DNA from: Camelus ferus
Lineage: Eukaryota
Assembly (NCBI RefSeq): GCF_009834535.1
Contig: NC_045697.1
Location: 15,068,001-15,132,000 of the forward strand
Length of the DNA: 64,000 nt
Direction: 5' to 3'
Positions 14,226-27,170 of the stretch are shown one piece after another. The notes beneath the pieces are model-generated. The model worked only from the letters and a program-made list of their open reading frames with translations, ran no database searches and was not told the origin of the DNA. Positions within the stretch are counted from its first letter, which is position 1. Each line of letters opens with the position of its first letter. Position numbers and translations under genes: made by a program.

Positions 14226-14494
14226 GACCATTAATTGTTCAGATTCCTCTTAATGCTATCTAGAACTTCAGCTGGTACGTCTTGGCCCTACCACTGATAT
14301 CTCAAAGCTCCAGCACTTTGTAGTCATTTGCTTGCACACCCGTCTAATCTTCTGGGTGGTAAGTTTTCTTACAGAAAGAGAATTGTGCTCCTCATTACTC
14401 CATGCCTCTAAGGCCACAGTAGGCACTTTGGAAATATGAATTCCTTAAATATCACATCTGCCTTGGCAGTGAATCATTTTTGCAGTGTGAATTT

Positions 14495-14927
14495 CAGTAC
14501 AGCAGACACCGCCAGCTGCCCAATTTATGCTGCTGACCAACAGAACTTTTGTCTGTGGATTTTGTCTGGGGGAACAATGTGCTATCTTCATAGATCCACC
14601 ATCCCGTGTGGTATAGTTCTGTCCCAGAGATGTAGAGGTAAGTACCTGGGATTTCCCCGTGTGGCATGGGGATGTGAGGTAGGAGGTGGAACAGCCACTT
14701 TGTGACTTTGAGGCATAAGCTAGAAGAGAAAAGACACAAACTAAGGATGGCAGTATGGAGGACATAAGAAGCCTGGGACACTGAGGACCTGAGAATCTGC
14801 TGCACTAATACTGGACAGCGTGCTCCTGTTCTTCCTGAATTGTGAGAAAAGGAGATGCCTCTTTGGTTAAGCTACAATAGTGGGATTTCTGATGAAGGCA
14901 GCCAGGCACAAGTTTCTAATGGACACA
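14495..14927 (+). mobile_element. Old MaLR LTR (MLT1J/K/L-like)
   Basis: cagcagacaccgccagctgccc...cagccactttgtgact...ttggttaagcta...gcagcc...ctaatggacaca. Confidence 0.55.
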
Positions 14928-15414
14928 TCAGTTTACTCAGCACTGAAGGGCAAAGATCACCAAAGAGCTTGCAGAATATAGCTAATCCATATTAATGCCC
15001 TCCTTCTGCCACTCGATGACACATAATTGGATATAGAACCACTGTACAAGTGACTTGAGTCAGGGTGAGAGGAAGTAAACAAGGAGAATAACGCCTAAGG
15101 ATATGCTTAAGCACAATGTCAAGCACTGTGGAGTAATCATCCATTGCTGGGCAACACAGAGAGTTTCGATTTAGCATCTTATTTTGCATACGATGTGCGG
15201 TATAATTCAATCAGCCTGCGAGGGAAAAGGGAACCACAAACAGAAAAGTGTGAGTGTGGCTATAGACCTCAAGAGCATCACAGAGGAAGATACAGTCTAC
15301 AAAATCATGATGCATTCACTTCTTTAGGAAGTACACACACATTTGTATATTGTAATGTGTGTGTTTGTGTATATATACATTAACCTGTTTACCATTGAAA
15401 TTCAGAATACCAAT

Positions 15415-15630
15415 GCTGTTAAGAACAGAGCTGGAGTAGATTGTCTGGGTTGAAATTCCACCTCTGCAGCTTACTAGCTATGTGTTCTCACCTTCAACCC
15501 TCAGTTTTCTCATCTGCCAAATGTTTATAATAGAATCTACCCACAGGATTATTATGAGGATGCTGTGAGTTACTTAACAGGGAGCACACAGGATAGGGTG
15601 GAGCAGTCATCTGTGTGTTAGCCAAAATTA
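15415..15630 (+). mobile_element. MIR SINE (another MIR on - at about 15815-16020)
   Basis: ctggagtagattgtctgggttgaaattcc...ccctcagttttctcatctg. Confidence 0.65.
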
Positions 15631-17679
15631 TTTTTACAATGCCATAGAAATAAACATGTGTTTAATTGTGCAGGTGCAAAATAACGGGTTTATAAACACA
15701 TCTATTTCTATGTAGATAAGTGGAGAATCCACTGTCCTGATAGACGTAATGCTAGTTTACACGTTGCATATCCTTTTGAATTTTAAAAAGTACCAGGAGC
15801 ATCAACTACAACAGCTACCACTTACTGAATATTTACTACGTGTGTGGGCTGTGCTTAACACTTCACTTGCATTATCTCCTTTAATCCTCCCAACGCCTGA
15901 AGAATGAAGTATTATTACAAGCCCTCTAAAGGATTAGTAACTTGCCCAAAGTAACAAAACAAGTAGGTGGAGGAACTGCAATTAGAATCCAAATCCAATT
16001 CTCTGTCTCCAGAGTCTGAATTTTTGGTGCTGTTATTTTTTACCTTTTGCACTATTTATGAGCTTAGATGACATGCCACACCTGAAAAAAAATGCAAATT
16101 CCATTTTGGAAACTCATATATGTTTCTATTAATATAGGAAAACACTCGAGCTAATTTCTACAAACAAATCTCTTATTTGCCATTAATCTCTTCTACTAAT
16201 ATTCTAGAACAGTAATGCTGGAAAAAGATCTTAGAATAAAGAAGAGCTAGTTTTAAAATGTAAAACCTAGAATATCTGCTCAACCAAATGCTGGATAAAT
16301 CACTAGTTTCTACCTATTCACAAAAGAAACAGTCGATTTATAGTTAGAGGGTACAGACTGAAATTTAATAAACTCCTCCAGCACATACACGTGTCCCCAC
16401 CCCACCCCCCAAACCAAGCAGCCTCAGAGCATTACATTGTTAGTCACCTTGTTTGTTATCTGCTGAGGATGCTCTTTAGTAATTGTCAATTGTCTTGATG
16501 ATGTGCCCCATCCAGTGGCACTTAGTCAAGAGGATGCAATCTGAAATCCATTCCACCCTCTACTTGCAATGGTGGGCATCCTGGGACAGAGAAAGGGGGT
16601 ACTTTTTTTCTAATCAGAATTAAAGAGTAATCTCTTCTAACAAGCACCTTGCATCCAGGGCTGTGCCATCTTGTTTACCACCACCCATGTACCCAGGGAA
16701 ACAGCTAATGCATAGTAGTTGCCAAATAAATGCCTGATTGAAAAAACAAAAACTGAATGATTAGTATGCAAAAGAAGGAAGGGAAAATTGCTCCTCACCC
16801 TTCTCTCCTGTCCTGCACCTTGCACGGTTCAGGGCTGATGCTACTTGCTAGGAGGTTCTCACCCAGAATTTCTAAGCAATGTTGTGAAATGGAAGGCCCA
16901 GGACCTAATGCGTGATTGTCTCCAGAATGCACACATGGACGTGCCCAGTATAACAAATAACAAGATTAGACCCCATGTGGGCTCTCTTTTGCATAATAAA
17001 ATCCCACATGTTAAGATGCAGATTTATTTTAAGCCCTGGAAGTGCTGACCATATGCCTCAGTGGCTGAGGAGATGGCTACTTAATAGATAATCTGAAATG
17101 CACGCCAAAGAACTAATCATGGCCATCTGATCATCATGCCCCATCAAAACCCAGAAATGAGGAGCCAGGGAACAGAGCCAGAAACTGCCAACGTATCTCA
17201 CAGGCAGGAAGAGGCCGGGAGTCTAAAGGGAGGGGTTGAAAAATGAGCATTTCCCCTAATACCAATAACAAAATAACAAAAACAGCAATAACAATAATAC
17301 AGCTCTATTACAGGGTGCTTGCTATGAAACATACAATCCATTAAACATGTTATACTGTAACCTTATTGAATCCCCTCTCCCTGGGGAAGTTGATGAGGAC
17401 ACTGATATGCTAGAGGGCAGAATATTTTCCAAAATCTACATCCTAAAATGGGGTCTTAACTCATAATTTTGTGGACAGCCCCAAGCTTTGGACCACTAGC
17501 CTACAGAAACTGAAACATCATAGATACTAAACACTTATTTATTGAACAACGAAATGACACAGTGAAATCGTTCGTTATTAACTGAACTTAACAGCTCATA
17601 GTGAAAAACTTGCAGCTCCATGATGTGCTTAGAGGATAGTTTGCCTTTTACTAATGACTGAGAGTCATGCCTTAGCCTC

Positions 17680-18120
17680 TCTATGAGTTTGCTGGAGTTA
17701 CCATAACCAACAGTGTGGCTTAAAGAACAGAAATTTGTAGTCTCACAATTCTGGAAGCTACAAGTCCAAGATCAAGACATCAGCAGATCTGATGCCTTCT
17801 GAGGGCTGTGAGTGAGAGTCTGTTCCATGTTTCCCCCCACCTTCTGGTGGTTGGCTGGCAACCTTTCGCGTTACTTGGCGTGTAGACGCATCGCCTTTAT
17901 CCTTGCCTTCACATGGCGTTCTCAAGTCTCTGTCCAAAGTGCTCCTTTTTATAAGGATACCAGTCATATTAGATAAGTGGCCCTCCCTACTCTGGTATGA
18001 CCTCAGCTTAGCTAAATCATATCTGTAACAAACCTCTTTCCAAATATGGTCACGTTCTGAGGAACTGAGAGTTAGGACTTCAACGTAGGATTTGAGGGAG
18101 ACACAGTTTAACTCATGGCA
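17680..18120 (-). mobile_element. MaLR solo LTR (MLT1C-like)
   Basis: ggcttaaagaacagaaattt...ctcacaattctggaagctacaagtccaagatcaag...ttataaggataccagtcatatt...gttaggacttcaac. Confidence 0.85.
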
Positions 18121-19044
18121 GTCTCTTGTATCTGTGCCCTTGCTCAAGCTGTTCTCTGCACTCAGAACACTGCCCCAATCACTGTTTCCCTGTCTCCTGT
18201 CTCCCCTGCCCTTTACAATTGACCGATTAATCACTCAGGTCACTGCTACTATTTCCGTTCCTTCAGGAAGCCTTCCCTGATCTAGCTCAACGAGTGTCAG
18301 CTCGTATTATGAATAATAATATGAATAATAGCAGATAAATATGAACCACACTGAGCAGACATGTAGCAGTGGCAGAAAGCAATACTGTCTTCCCAGTCCT
18401 GCTCTGTGACCATTTGCTTTTTAGTTCTCTTACAATAATATTTTTTTAATTAAAGAAAATCAAGGCAGCTCCTGAGCACTAGGTTGCTACCTCTGTTGGT
18501 TTAGTATTTTCTGGTACCTACTTTGCTGTAATAACAGATCTACAGGTCTGGTGCCAGATAAACTCCCTTTCCACACTCCACACTTTGTGATTAATCTCAA
18601 GCAAGGCAAAAGATATCTAAGCCTTGCCTCCTTATCTCTAAAATCAAGATACAATTCTCAGGCTGTAAAGTTGATGTGAGGACTAGAAATACACCTGGGA
18701 TAGTGCTTGGCTTATGACTGGTATGCAGATACTCACTATTGGATAATTATTATAATTAGAATTATCCCTATTATGTAAAATTAGTATTATTAATGTTCTT
18801 TTACTCTGTAATTTTTTTTCTGGTCTACAGGATCAGAAGTAGAGAAATATATCTTTAAGACCTATCTGTAACAAGAGGATAACTGGACTCTGAGTGGGGC
18901 TCTTTCTATGAGTCAATATGTGAGCTTTGGTGCAGAAGCCTGTGAAATCTACTGAGATCTACTGGAAACTCTCTTGGCTTGCATTTGCCTATAATCTGAA
19001 GTTTGATAAATCCACAACTCAGTATTATCAATGAACCAAATATC

Positions 19045-19151
19045 TTTTTAAATTCAAGTACAGTCAGTTTACAGTACTGCATCAATTTCTGATGTACGGC
19101 ATGATGTTTCAGTCATCCATATACACACATATATTCCTTTTCATATTCTTT
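19045..19151 (-). mobile_element. Very short lineage-specific L1 3' end
   Basis: aagtacagtcagtttaca...tcaatttctgatgtac...ttccttttcatattctt, similar to the 3' end of the L1 at 20492-21380. Flanked by aaatatc on both sides. Confidence 0.65.
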
Positions 19152-20491
19152 AAATATCATCTTACTTAAGATACACAAGCATACAGATAAATATTGAAAA
19201 CAAGGAAAATCCTCTAACTACCATATAAGCTTTCCAGAAGCAAATGTTTAAAGGTCTCATTAAATGCACTTACTTTTATGGGAGGTAACTTGACTGCATA
19301 TTTAACTTGAAGAATTCACCATTTTGTCTTAAATAATGTGACCAGTGCTGTATTAGAGACAGGCAGACACAACAGAGCTCCAGAGTATCGCATAATGTAT
19401 ATTCTTAATGTGACATACTTTAGTCTTGGCGGGGAAGCGGGAGGGGTGAGCAGCAGAGTGTCATGAGCACTAGACTGAGGGTAAAAGTCCCACGTTCCTT
19501 CTGTCTTGCACCATGACCTCTGTCTCCCTTGGGAAATGACAACGGTCTAAACCTTCAGTTGTAGGACTTTGATGATTCTGTAAGTGTTCTCCAATAAGAG
19601 GTTGGTAATGTAACAGAATTGCAACTCTCAGTTTGCAAATGTATCCTACTGACAAAGCTGAATTAGTACACAAACCAGTTCAAAGCCTCTTGAAATAATA
19701 TGTATAATTTATATGCAGTTCACAAAGTACTCCATTGATTATTAGATTAGCCTCACATATTTCACCTGAAAATCTATTTGAGAAAAATTTAGTTCTAGCT
19801 GCTCGGCAATCAATTGGGTGGTTTAATATAATAAAGAGTGGGTTTAAGAAATGGAATAAAACCTATATAGGTGAACTCTTCACTTTTCACTGAGAAAAGT
19901 AACTAAGATATGATAAAAAATGTTTTGGATGCTGCATTTAATATGAATGTTTAATATTAATTTTTCATATGAACATAAGTAAAAAAGGAATCGGCTTGAC
20001 ATTTTGGCCTGAACTACTGATCTATATGGTGGTTTACTTTTTTAAATAGTTTAAAAATACTGCTGACTTAACGTTAAGTCAAATTTAAGACTTTATGAAG
20101 CTTGACCATTTATTTCATTGGTATAATACACTAGAAACTCATTATAATAACATTTCCTATAGTGAAAAATAATTTTTTAAAAATCCACCATTGAATATTT
20201 TATGAATACATTTAATTAGTTTGATAACTAAAGAAATATAAAACAAAATTGTCTAAAATATAATTGTCATGAATTGGAATGATAATAATATATTTATGTT
20301 CCAAGGTATGGTGATACCTCATCATCATAAGCTGATAATACCATTGACAATAAAACATGGCTATTCAGCAAATGATAATCATAAGAATCAGTGATTGACT
20401 GATACACTCACTCACTGATTTATTCAAACAATGACTTTTATTGAGAGCCTACCATATACTTGAAATAAAGAAATGGATATCACAAGTCAAA

Positions 20492-21380
20492 CTTTTCACA
20501 CCAGTCAGAATGGCCATCTTTCAAAATTCCACGAACAATAAATGCTGGAGGTGGGGTGGAGAAAAGGGAACCTCCCACACTCTTGGTGGAAATGTAGTTT
20601 GGTGCAACCATTATGGAAAACAGTTTGGAGATTCCTCAGAAAACTAAAAATAGACTTACTATATCCAGCAATCCAACTCCTGGGCATATATCTGGAGGGA
20701 ACTCTAATTCAAAAAGATACATGTACCCCAATGTTCACAGCAGCACTATTTACAATAGTCAAAACATGGAAGCAATCTAAATGTCCATCAATAGATGACG
20801 GGATAAAGAAGCTTTGGTATATATATAAATGGAATACTATTCAGCCATAAATGAATAAAATAATGCCATTTGTAGCAACATGGATGGATCTGGAGATTGT
20901 CATTTTAACTGAAGTAAGCCAGAAAGAAAAAGAAAAATACCATATGATATCACTCATATGTAGAATCTAAAAAAAAAGAAAGAAAATAAATAAGAAGACA
21001 CTAATGAACTAAGAACTTATCTACAAAACAGAAACAGACTTGCAGACATAGTAAACAAACTTATGGTTACCCGAGGGAAGGGGAAAGGGGTGGGAAGGGA
21101 TAAATTGAGAGTTCGAGATTTGTAAATATTAACTACTATATAAAAAATAGATTAAAAAACCAAATTTCTTCTATAGCACAGGGAACTATATTCAGTATCT
21201 TATAGTAACCTCTAATGGAAAAGAATATGAAAATGAATATATGTGTATGTGAATATATATACACACATATACACATATATATGTATTATGGAAATATTAT
21301 GCTATAACCAGAAATTGACACATTGTAACTGACCATACTTCACCAAAAATTAAAAAAACTACAAAGTAAAAACAAAAACA
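20492..21380 (+). mobile_element. 5'-truncated young L1 (ORF2 C-terminus and 3' UTR)
   Basis: Frameshifted ORF2 peptides (TPVRMAI..., [18 protein letters not shown]...DTCTPMFTAALFTI). A-rich tail. TSD acaagtcaaa at 20482-20491 and 21381-21390. Confidence 0.92.
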
Positions 21381-21694
21381 ACAAGTCAAATTTTTGGGAA
21401 TGCTAAGATCGTACATTCTCAGGAGGCCAGGTATCTTATCACACTCTAAACTCAGAGTAATTTGCATGTAATTTGCACTCAAAAACTGGTTATAGAGGAA
21501 ATTAGGCACTATATTTTCTTTACAATCTGGTGATCTGTGTATGATCGGCATTTTAGTGCATGTATTTACTTTACTGGAGCATTTCATTGTCTAACCATGT
21601 TAAAAATGATGGTTTTTCTTAAACATATTAAAAACCTGAGTAGTGACTGAAATTTGGCTCCATCCAACATTCAATCATCACTTTTTTATTCCAA

Positions 21695-22750
21695 TTTTTT
21701 AAAATCAAAATAAATTTTAGAACAATTTTTGGTTTACAGCAAAATTGAGGGGAAAATACATAGATTTCCCATATACTCCCCACCCCCATATGCATGGCCT
21801 CCCTCATTATCAACAGCCCTCACCAGAGTGGTCCATTTGTTGTGGTGCATTTGATGAACCTATAATGATACATCATAATCACCCAAAGTCCATAATTTAC
21901 ATTACAGTTTACTTCTGGTGTTGTACATTCTGTGTGTTTGGACAGATGCACACATATCTATCATTATGGTGCCATACAAAGCATTTCAACTGCCCTAAAA
22001 ATTCTCTGTGCTTTGCCTCTTCATCCCTCCCTTATTCCCCAAACCCTGGCAATACTGACCTTTCTACTGATTCCACAGTTTTGCCTTTTCCAGAAGGTCA
22101 TATAGTTAAAATCATACAGTATATAGCCTTTTTAGATTGGCTTCTTTCACTTAGTAATACACATTTTCAATTCCTCCATGTCTTTTCATTACTTGATAGC
22201 TCATTTACTTTTAGTTCTGAATAGTGCTCCATTATCTGGGTGTGCCACAGTTTGCGTATCCATTCATCTACTGGAGGATACTTGGATTGCTTCCAAGTTT
22301 TGGCATTTATAAAGCAGCAGCTAAAAACGTCCAAGTTAAGCGTTTTATATAGACATAAGTTTTTAATTCCTTTGGGTAGATACCAAGGAGCACGACTGCT
22401 GACTAGTGTGGTAAGAGTACGTTTAGTTTTGTAAGAAACTACCAAACTGTCTTCCACAGTGCCTGTACCATTTTGCATTCCCACCAGCAACAAATCAGCG
22501 TTGCTCCACATTCTCATCAGCACTTGATACGGTCAGTGTTCCAGATTTTGGCCATTCTAATAGGTGTGTAGTGGTATCTATCACACTGTAGTGTTAATTT
22601 GCATTTCCCCGACATAAGATACAGGGTATTTTTTCACATGCTTATTTGCCATCTATGTATCTTCTTTGGTGAGGTATCTGTTATGATCTTTGGTCCATTT
22701 TTTAATCAGGTTGTTTGTTTTCTTATTGTTGAGTTTTAAAAGTTCTTTGG
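21695..22750 (-). mobile_element. Old L1M (L1MC-like) 3' fragment
   Basis: Minus strand reads gggagtatatgggaaatct...ctcaattttgctgtaaacc at the 3' end, plus ORF2 remnants (AKTWKQSKYPPVDEWIRKLW). Confidence 0.85.
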
Positions 22751-22754
22751 GAAT

Positions 22755-22925
22755 TTGAAAATTGCACCTTTGGGGGAGTGATAGAAATGTTAACTATCTT
22801 GATTGTGGTAGTGGTTTCATTGGTGTAGACACCTATCAAAATTCATCAACTTGTACACCTGAAATATGTGTAGTTTACTGTACAGCAACCATACCACAAT
22901 AAAGGTGTTTTTTTTTTTTAAAAAA
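22755..22925 (+). mobile_element. L1M 3' end in the opposite orientation
   Basis: ggagtgatagaaatgtt..tatcttgattgtggtagtggttt...tcaaaattcatcaacttgtacac...aataaag. Confidence 0.7.
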
Positions 22926-25900
22926 AAGCTATTTGCATACTTTGAATATTAATCCATTTAAAAAATGTTACTCAGCATGTCTCATTTCTTCATTTAGTCC
23001 TGATAGAGCTGGCAGATGAATCTTCTTTAAGCATGATCCAAATCATGCATTTTTAGACTAATATATTTAACGGTCACCTTATTAGTTTTTATGTAAAATG
23101 GACTCTTTTGCCTGGTATCGCAACTCAACCCATTTCTATCTCTATTACTCTTTCTCAACCTTAACTTCCATTATTTTTATACACCAAATAAATTTCCCAA
23201 ACTAATTTCCTCATATGACTGTTCAGATAATAATTGCTACAGTTTAGGTACTTCCTAGGATTAAGAAAAATGAAAACTGTGGCACACAGTAGGTACTCAG
23301 TAAATCACAAAATTCATTATTGTTACTGTTGACACTCTATGGTAGAAAGAGTATGATTACCCTTAACAGAAGAAAACCTGGTTTCAAGTCCTGTTACTTG
23401 CTAGCTCTTTGTTTCCAAAGAGTTAATTATCTCCTTGGGCCCTGGTTTCTATATTGGTAAACCAGTGATAATAGATAACTGACTAATAAGAGGTAGTATT
23501 CAATTAGGAAATTAATGAGGGTAATCTAGTTTAAGAAAAAAAAAAAACCAAGGAGAGATTTTTCATTCCCTTTCACCCTATATGTACTCCCTATGCCAGC
23601 TTCAGGCTAACAACCATTTCCTGTATCTCCTTTCCCGCCAGCAGATTTTTTTCTTGGGCCAGTCCCTTAACTAGTACTCCTGTAGCTCTACCTTTCAATA
23701 CTTTACTCATCATATAAGGCTCATCTAAAATGGATCGTTTAGTAAAAGTCCTCTAATTTTTTCACTAAGAAATATCCTCACTACCCCTCTACATCATACT
23801 AAATACAATACTTGTACATACCTTTATATACACCTCTTACTTCCCTCATCTAGACGCAAGGCTATGGAAGGCAGGGACAGACATGTTATTTTCTGCATGT
23901 CTCTTAAATTACCTACTTCAAATGCCCTGCACATAAGAAACATTCAATAAACTTTGGTTAAATGAACTGTGTTACGATTTTTCTGCATCTTTTAGACTTT
24001 TATGTAACTCCTTACCTCCCATCTAAAGTAAGTTCTATATTAAGGAGCATTTCACATCAAGCAGAATACATAACATATTTAACTTTCTACTGATTTACCA
24101 ACACATCTTTTCGAATTTTCCCTGAAGATGTGGGATTGTGGGTCACAGAGGACAGCTGGAGAAGATTAGAGGAAGTGTAGCTCAGAGGAATTTCAATAGT
24201 GAATTGGTGTGCCTTGCTTCTGCAATTAAAAACAGAAAAAAACAACTCAGCAGAAGGAAAGAGGCTAGCATGGCCAGCTCCGACATGGAGGTCAGAATCG
24301 GCTCAGGGGACTTGGGGCTTTCCACCCACTATCCTAACTTGTGAGAGCTATCCCTAACCAGGGGTCCAAATACGGGCTATTCTTATAATCTCGTTCAATT
24401 TTCCAGTAGTGGTTGTAGTGATGAAAACATAACAATGATACTTAAGTTCTCATTTACATAGCATTCTCACTTTCTAAATTGTGTTGCAACCCAATTCTGG
24501 GAGATAATTGTTATCAAATCTGTCTTTCCCATGGGAGTCCTGTGGCTCAGAGTAACTCACCAAATTGACACATCATAACTAATATATCCACAAGATAGAA
24601 GATTCCAAACAAAAAAGTTACTCTCTGACTGCAACCACCACCCTTTTCTAGTACCCTCACCTAATAGATTCTTTTTTCCTTATTTTCCAACTGATATCCA
24701 TGAAATGTTGAGGCAAGTAACAAATAAAAAATAAAACAGCAGACCTGCAGTGACCTTAAACCAGTGCCAAAAGGCAAAGGAAAAAATATCAAACAATTTT
24801 GCTGTAAGAAATTACTAAAAGCCTTTATTTCTCAAGGGAAAAAAAATGTCTTAGATCTAAACTGAGTAAGGAGAACGTTCTAGCTGTGAAGGAGAACTCT
24901 CAGCCCCGGGTAGGGGGTGTACAATCCAACCCAAGTAGTCTGCAGGCACTTCAGAGACAGGGCTGAGTCCAAAGCTCTTTTTCAGAAGTGTGATGGGCCT
25001 TCCTCTCACCTCTTGGACCGATGGATATGAGCCAGAGTGTGACCATTTCTGGTATCTTAAACACCCTGTCACCTTCATCCTGAAGTTTTAAGGGACAGAA
25101 AGCAGAGGTGGGAGTGCCCTGAGGTATTTCTGGCTTCACAGGCTTCATATTTTTGTTAAAACCTTTTCCAGTAATGGAAAATACAATTTCTCTTTATTTC
25201 TTCTACATGGTCATTTTTTTGTTTTTTATTTTAATCATAAAAATTTTCCAAAGTTATACGGTTTACTATCTGAGTATGTAGTGTTTCTCTTGTCAAAATC
25301 CACAACAGATATCCTTCCCTGACCACTAACACCACGGAATAAAATAAATGTCTCCCGCTGGCCTGAAAGATGGCACACCATAACATCTGCCCATAAACTG
25401 ACTTGCTAAACCACATTGGGAACTCGTCTCCTGTTATAAATGTAGCATTATGTAATCTACCCAGAAAAATAATAGCACAAAAGCAGCATTAATTAGGACC
25501 CTATTTCTTGCTACTTGAGCCTCCCATGTAACATTATCTTCATATAATTTTGGTTTGTGGTCTAAAGTAATTGTTTCTATATAAAAAAGATTGTAACAGC
25601 TTGGCAGTTATATGTGTTCACTCTTAAAAACCACAGATCCCATACACGGAGCCAACAGAAGGACTAAAATATTAACCAAGGAAAAAACTCAAGCTGTTAT
25701 TGCAAATAAGTGTTTGTTACATCTGAAAAAAATAGCAGGAGAAATAGGAAAGAAAGTTACTCCAACATCCCCCAGTATTTTCTATTTTCCAAAGGGAAAC
25801 TTCGACAGCAGCTCTAATAATTTGGTCCAAGGGTTACTTGAAAAAGGAAATCAAACACAAAATTGATATATTTTCCATTGATAACTTACACTCTATGGAA

Positions 25901-27059
25901 AATAGAAATATTGACTATTTTTAAAATGTTGCTGTAACAGCTATTTACTCAGAAGATGTTTCAAAACAATCTTATTTGGGGCAGGCAAGTAGGAAAAGGT
26001 TAAGACCCCAAAGTGAGGGCTATTTTAGAACTATCAGGGGGAAAAAAAAGCAATTCTTCTCAACAAGACTTATAAAATGATTTTAAATGAGCTTTTAAAC
26101 TGTTAATGTAGTCCTTGCCAATACTCGTTTCTAACTTACTTTCATTCTCGATCCTTTTAGGAACAGGCAGTATACATGGATGACATTAAAACGTATATCA
26201 TTTCAAGGTGACTGCCACCTTCCTTTTTTTTTTAAAACCCCTTTTTCCAAAGCATAAGGTGGAATTTTATGATAGTCTCTCAACTACGAAAGTCGGACCC
26301 TGGCCCACAGTGGTGGGTGGGGAAGGGAAGATGTAAGAGTTTGGGGGCACAGTGATGGCAGATGTCTACTCTCGGCGCAGAGACCAGCCAGGATTCAGTA
26401 ACGGCTGTTGTACCTCCTTTCTGCATGCCTTTGACTGCACAGGACTAGCCCTGCAAGTAGCTTCTAGGTGTTGCTAATTGACTCAAAAGGACCTTGAACC
26501 TGTGATCATGACCTTGCCTGTGCTAAGGCCTAATACCTTAGAATTGACTACAAGACTGCTTATTTCCAAAAGGTCCTTTAGAACCCACTAACCTCCCTTC
26601 AGGTACTTCTACACATACTTTGGGACCTCCTCGGACTGAATCCATTCCAGAAAAGTCTGACGTCTAATACACAGAAGTCCCCGTGTTAGAAACATTTATA
26701 CGGCTTCTGAAATGTCCTTCCCACAACACCACTATTTTGTAGGTAAAAACATCAGTGCTGAGATTGGAACCCAAGCCCACTGTTGGTTCTCCTAGCCCCC
26801 ACTGCCACTGTGTGCGCCGGTCACCCTCAGGAGGCGCACCTGTGCATGAAAGCAGAGCCCGCCAAAAGGAACACACCCTGTGACCTGGTACCATTCAAAC
26901 AGGGACGAGGACAGTAGGAACCTGAGAATGTACTTGCTCTCATAATATATTTCAGCCAAATAAATATTTCTTCTCATCTTCCCGCTATTTCAAAGCTAGA
27001 AGTGGCTTATGGTGAGTAAAAAAGTTCAAGTGTAGGCTTACCTAGGGAAATAGCCCTTT

Positions 27060-27170
27060 TAAAGCATAGATGCTGGGGTCAGACACCTAAGTTCATCTCT
27101 TGGCCTTGTTATCTCCTAGCTGTGTGGTGATGGGCAGGTTGCGTAATCCCCTGTGTCTCCGCTGCTTCCC
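27060..27170 (+). mobile_element. MIR fragment
   Basis: ctggggtcagacacctaagttca...ctagctgtgtggtgatgggcaggttgcgtaatcccctgtgtctc. Confidence 0.6.

Noticed and set aside
17758..18234. 158-aa ORF
   Set aside because: It lies mostly within an MLT1C-like LTR and resembles no known protein.
20441..20850. ORFs with ORF2-like peptides as a functional gene
   Set aside because: These are frameshifted remnants of a 5'-truncated L1.
21745..22523. 159-aa and 118-aa ORFs
   Set aside because: Antisense and sense readings of a degraded L1M.
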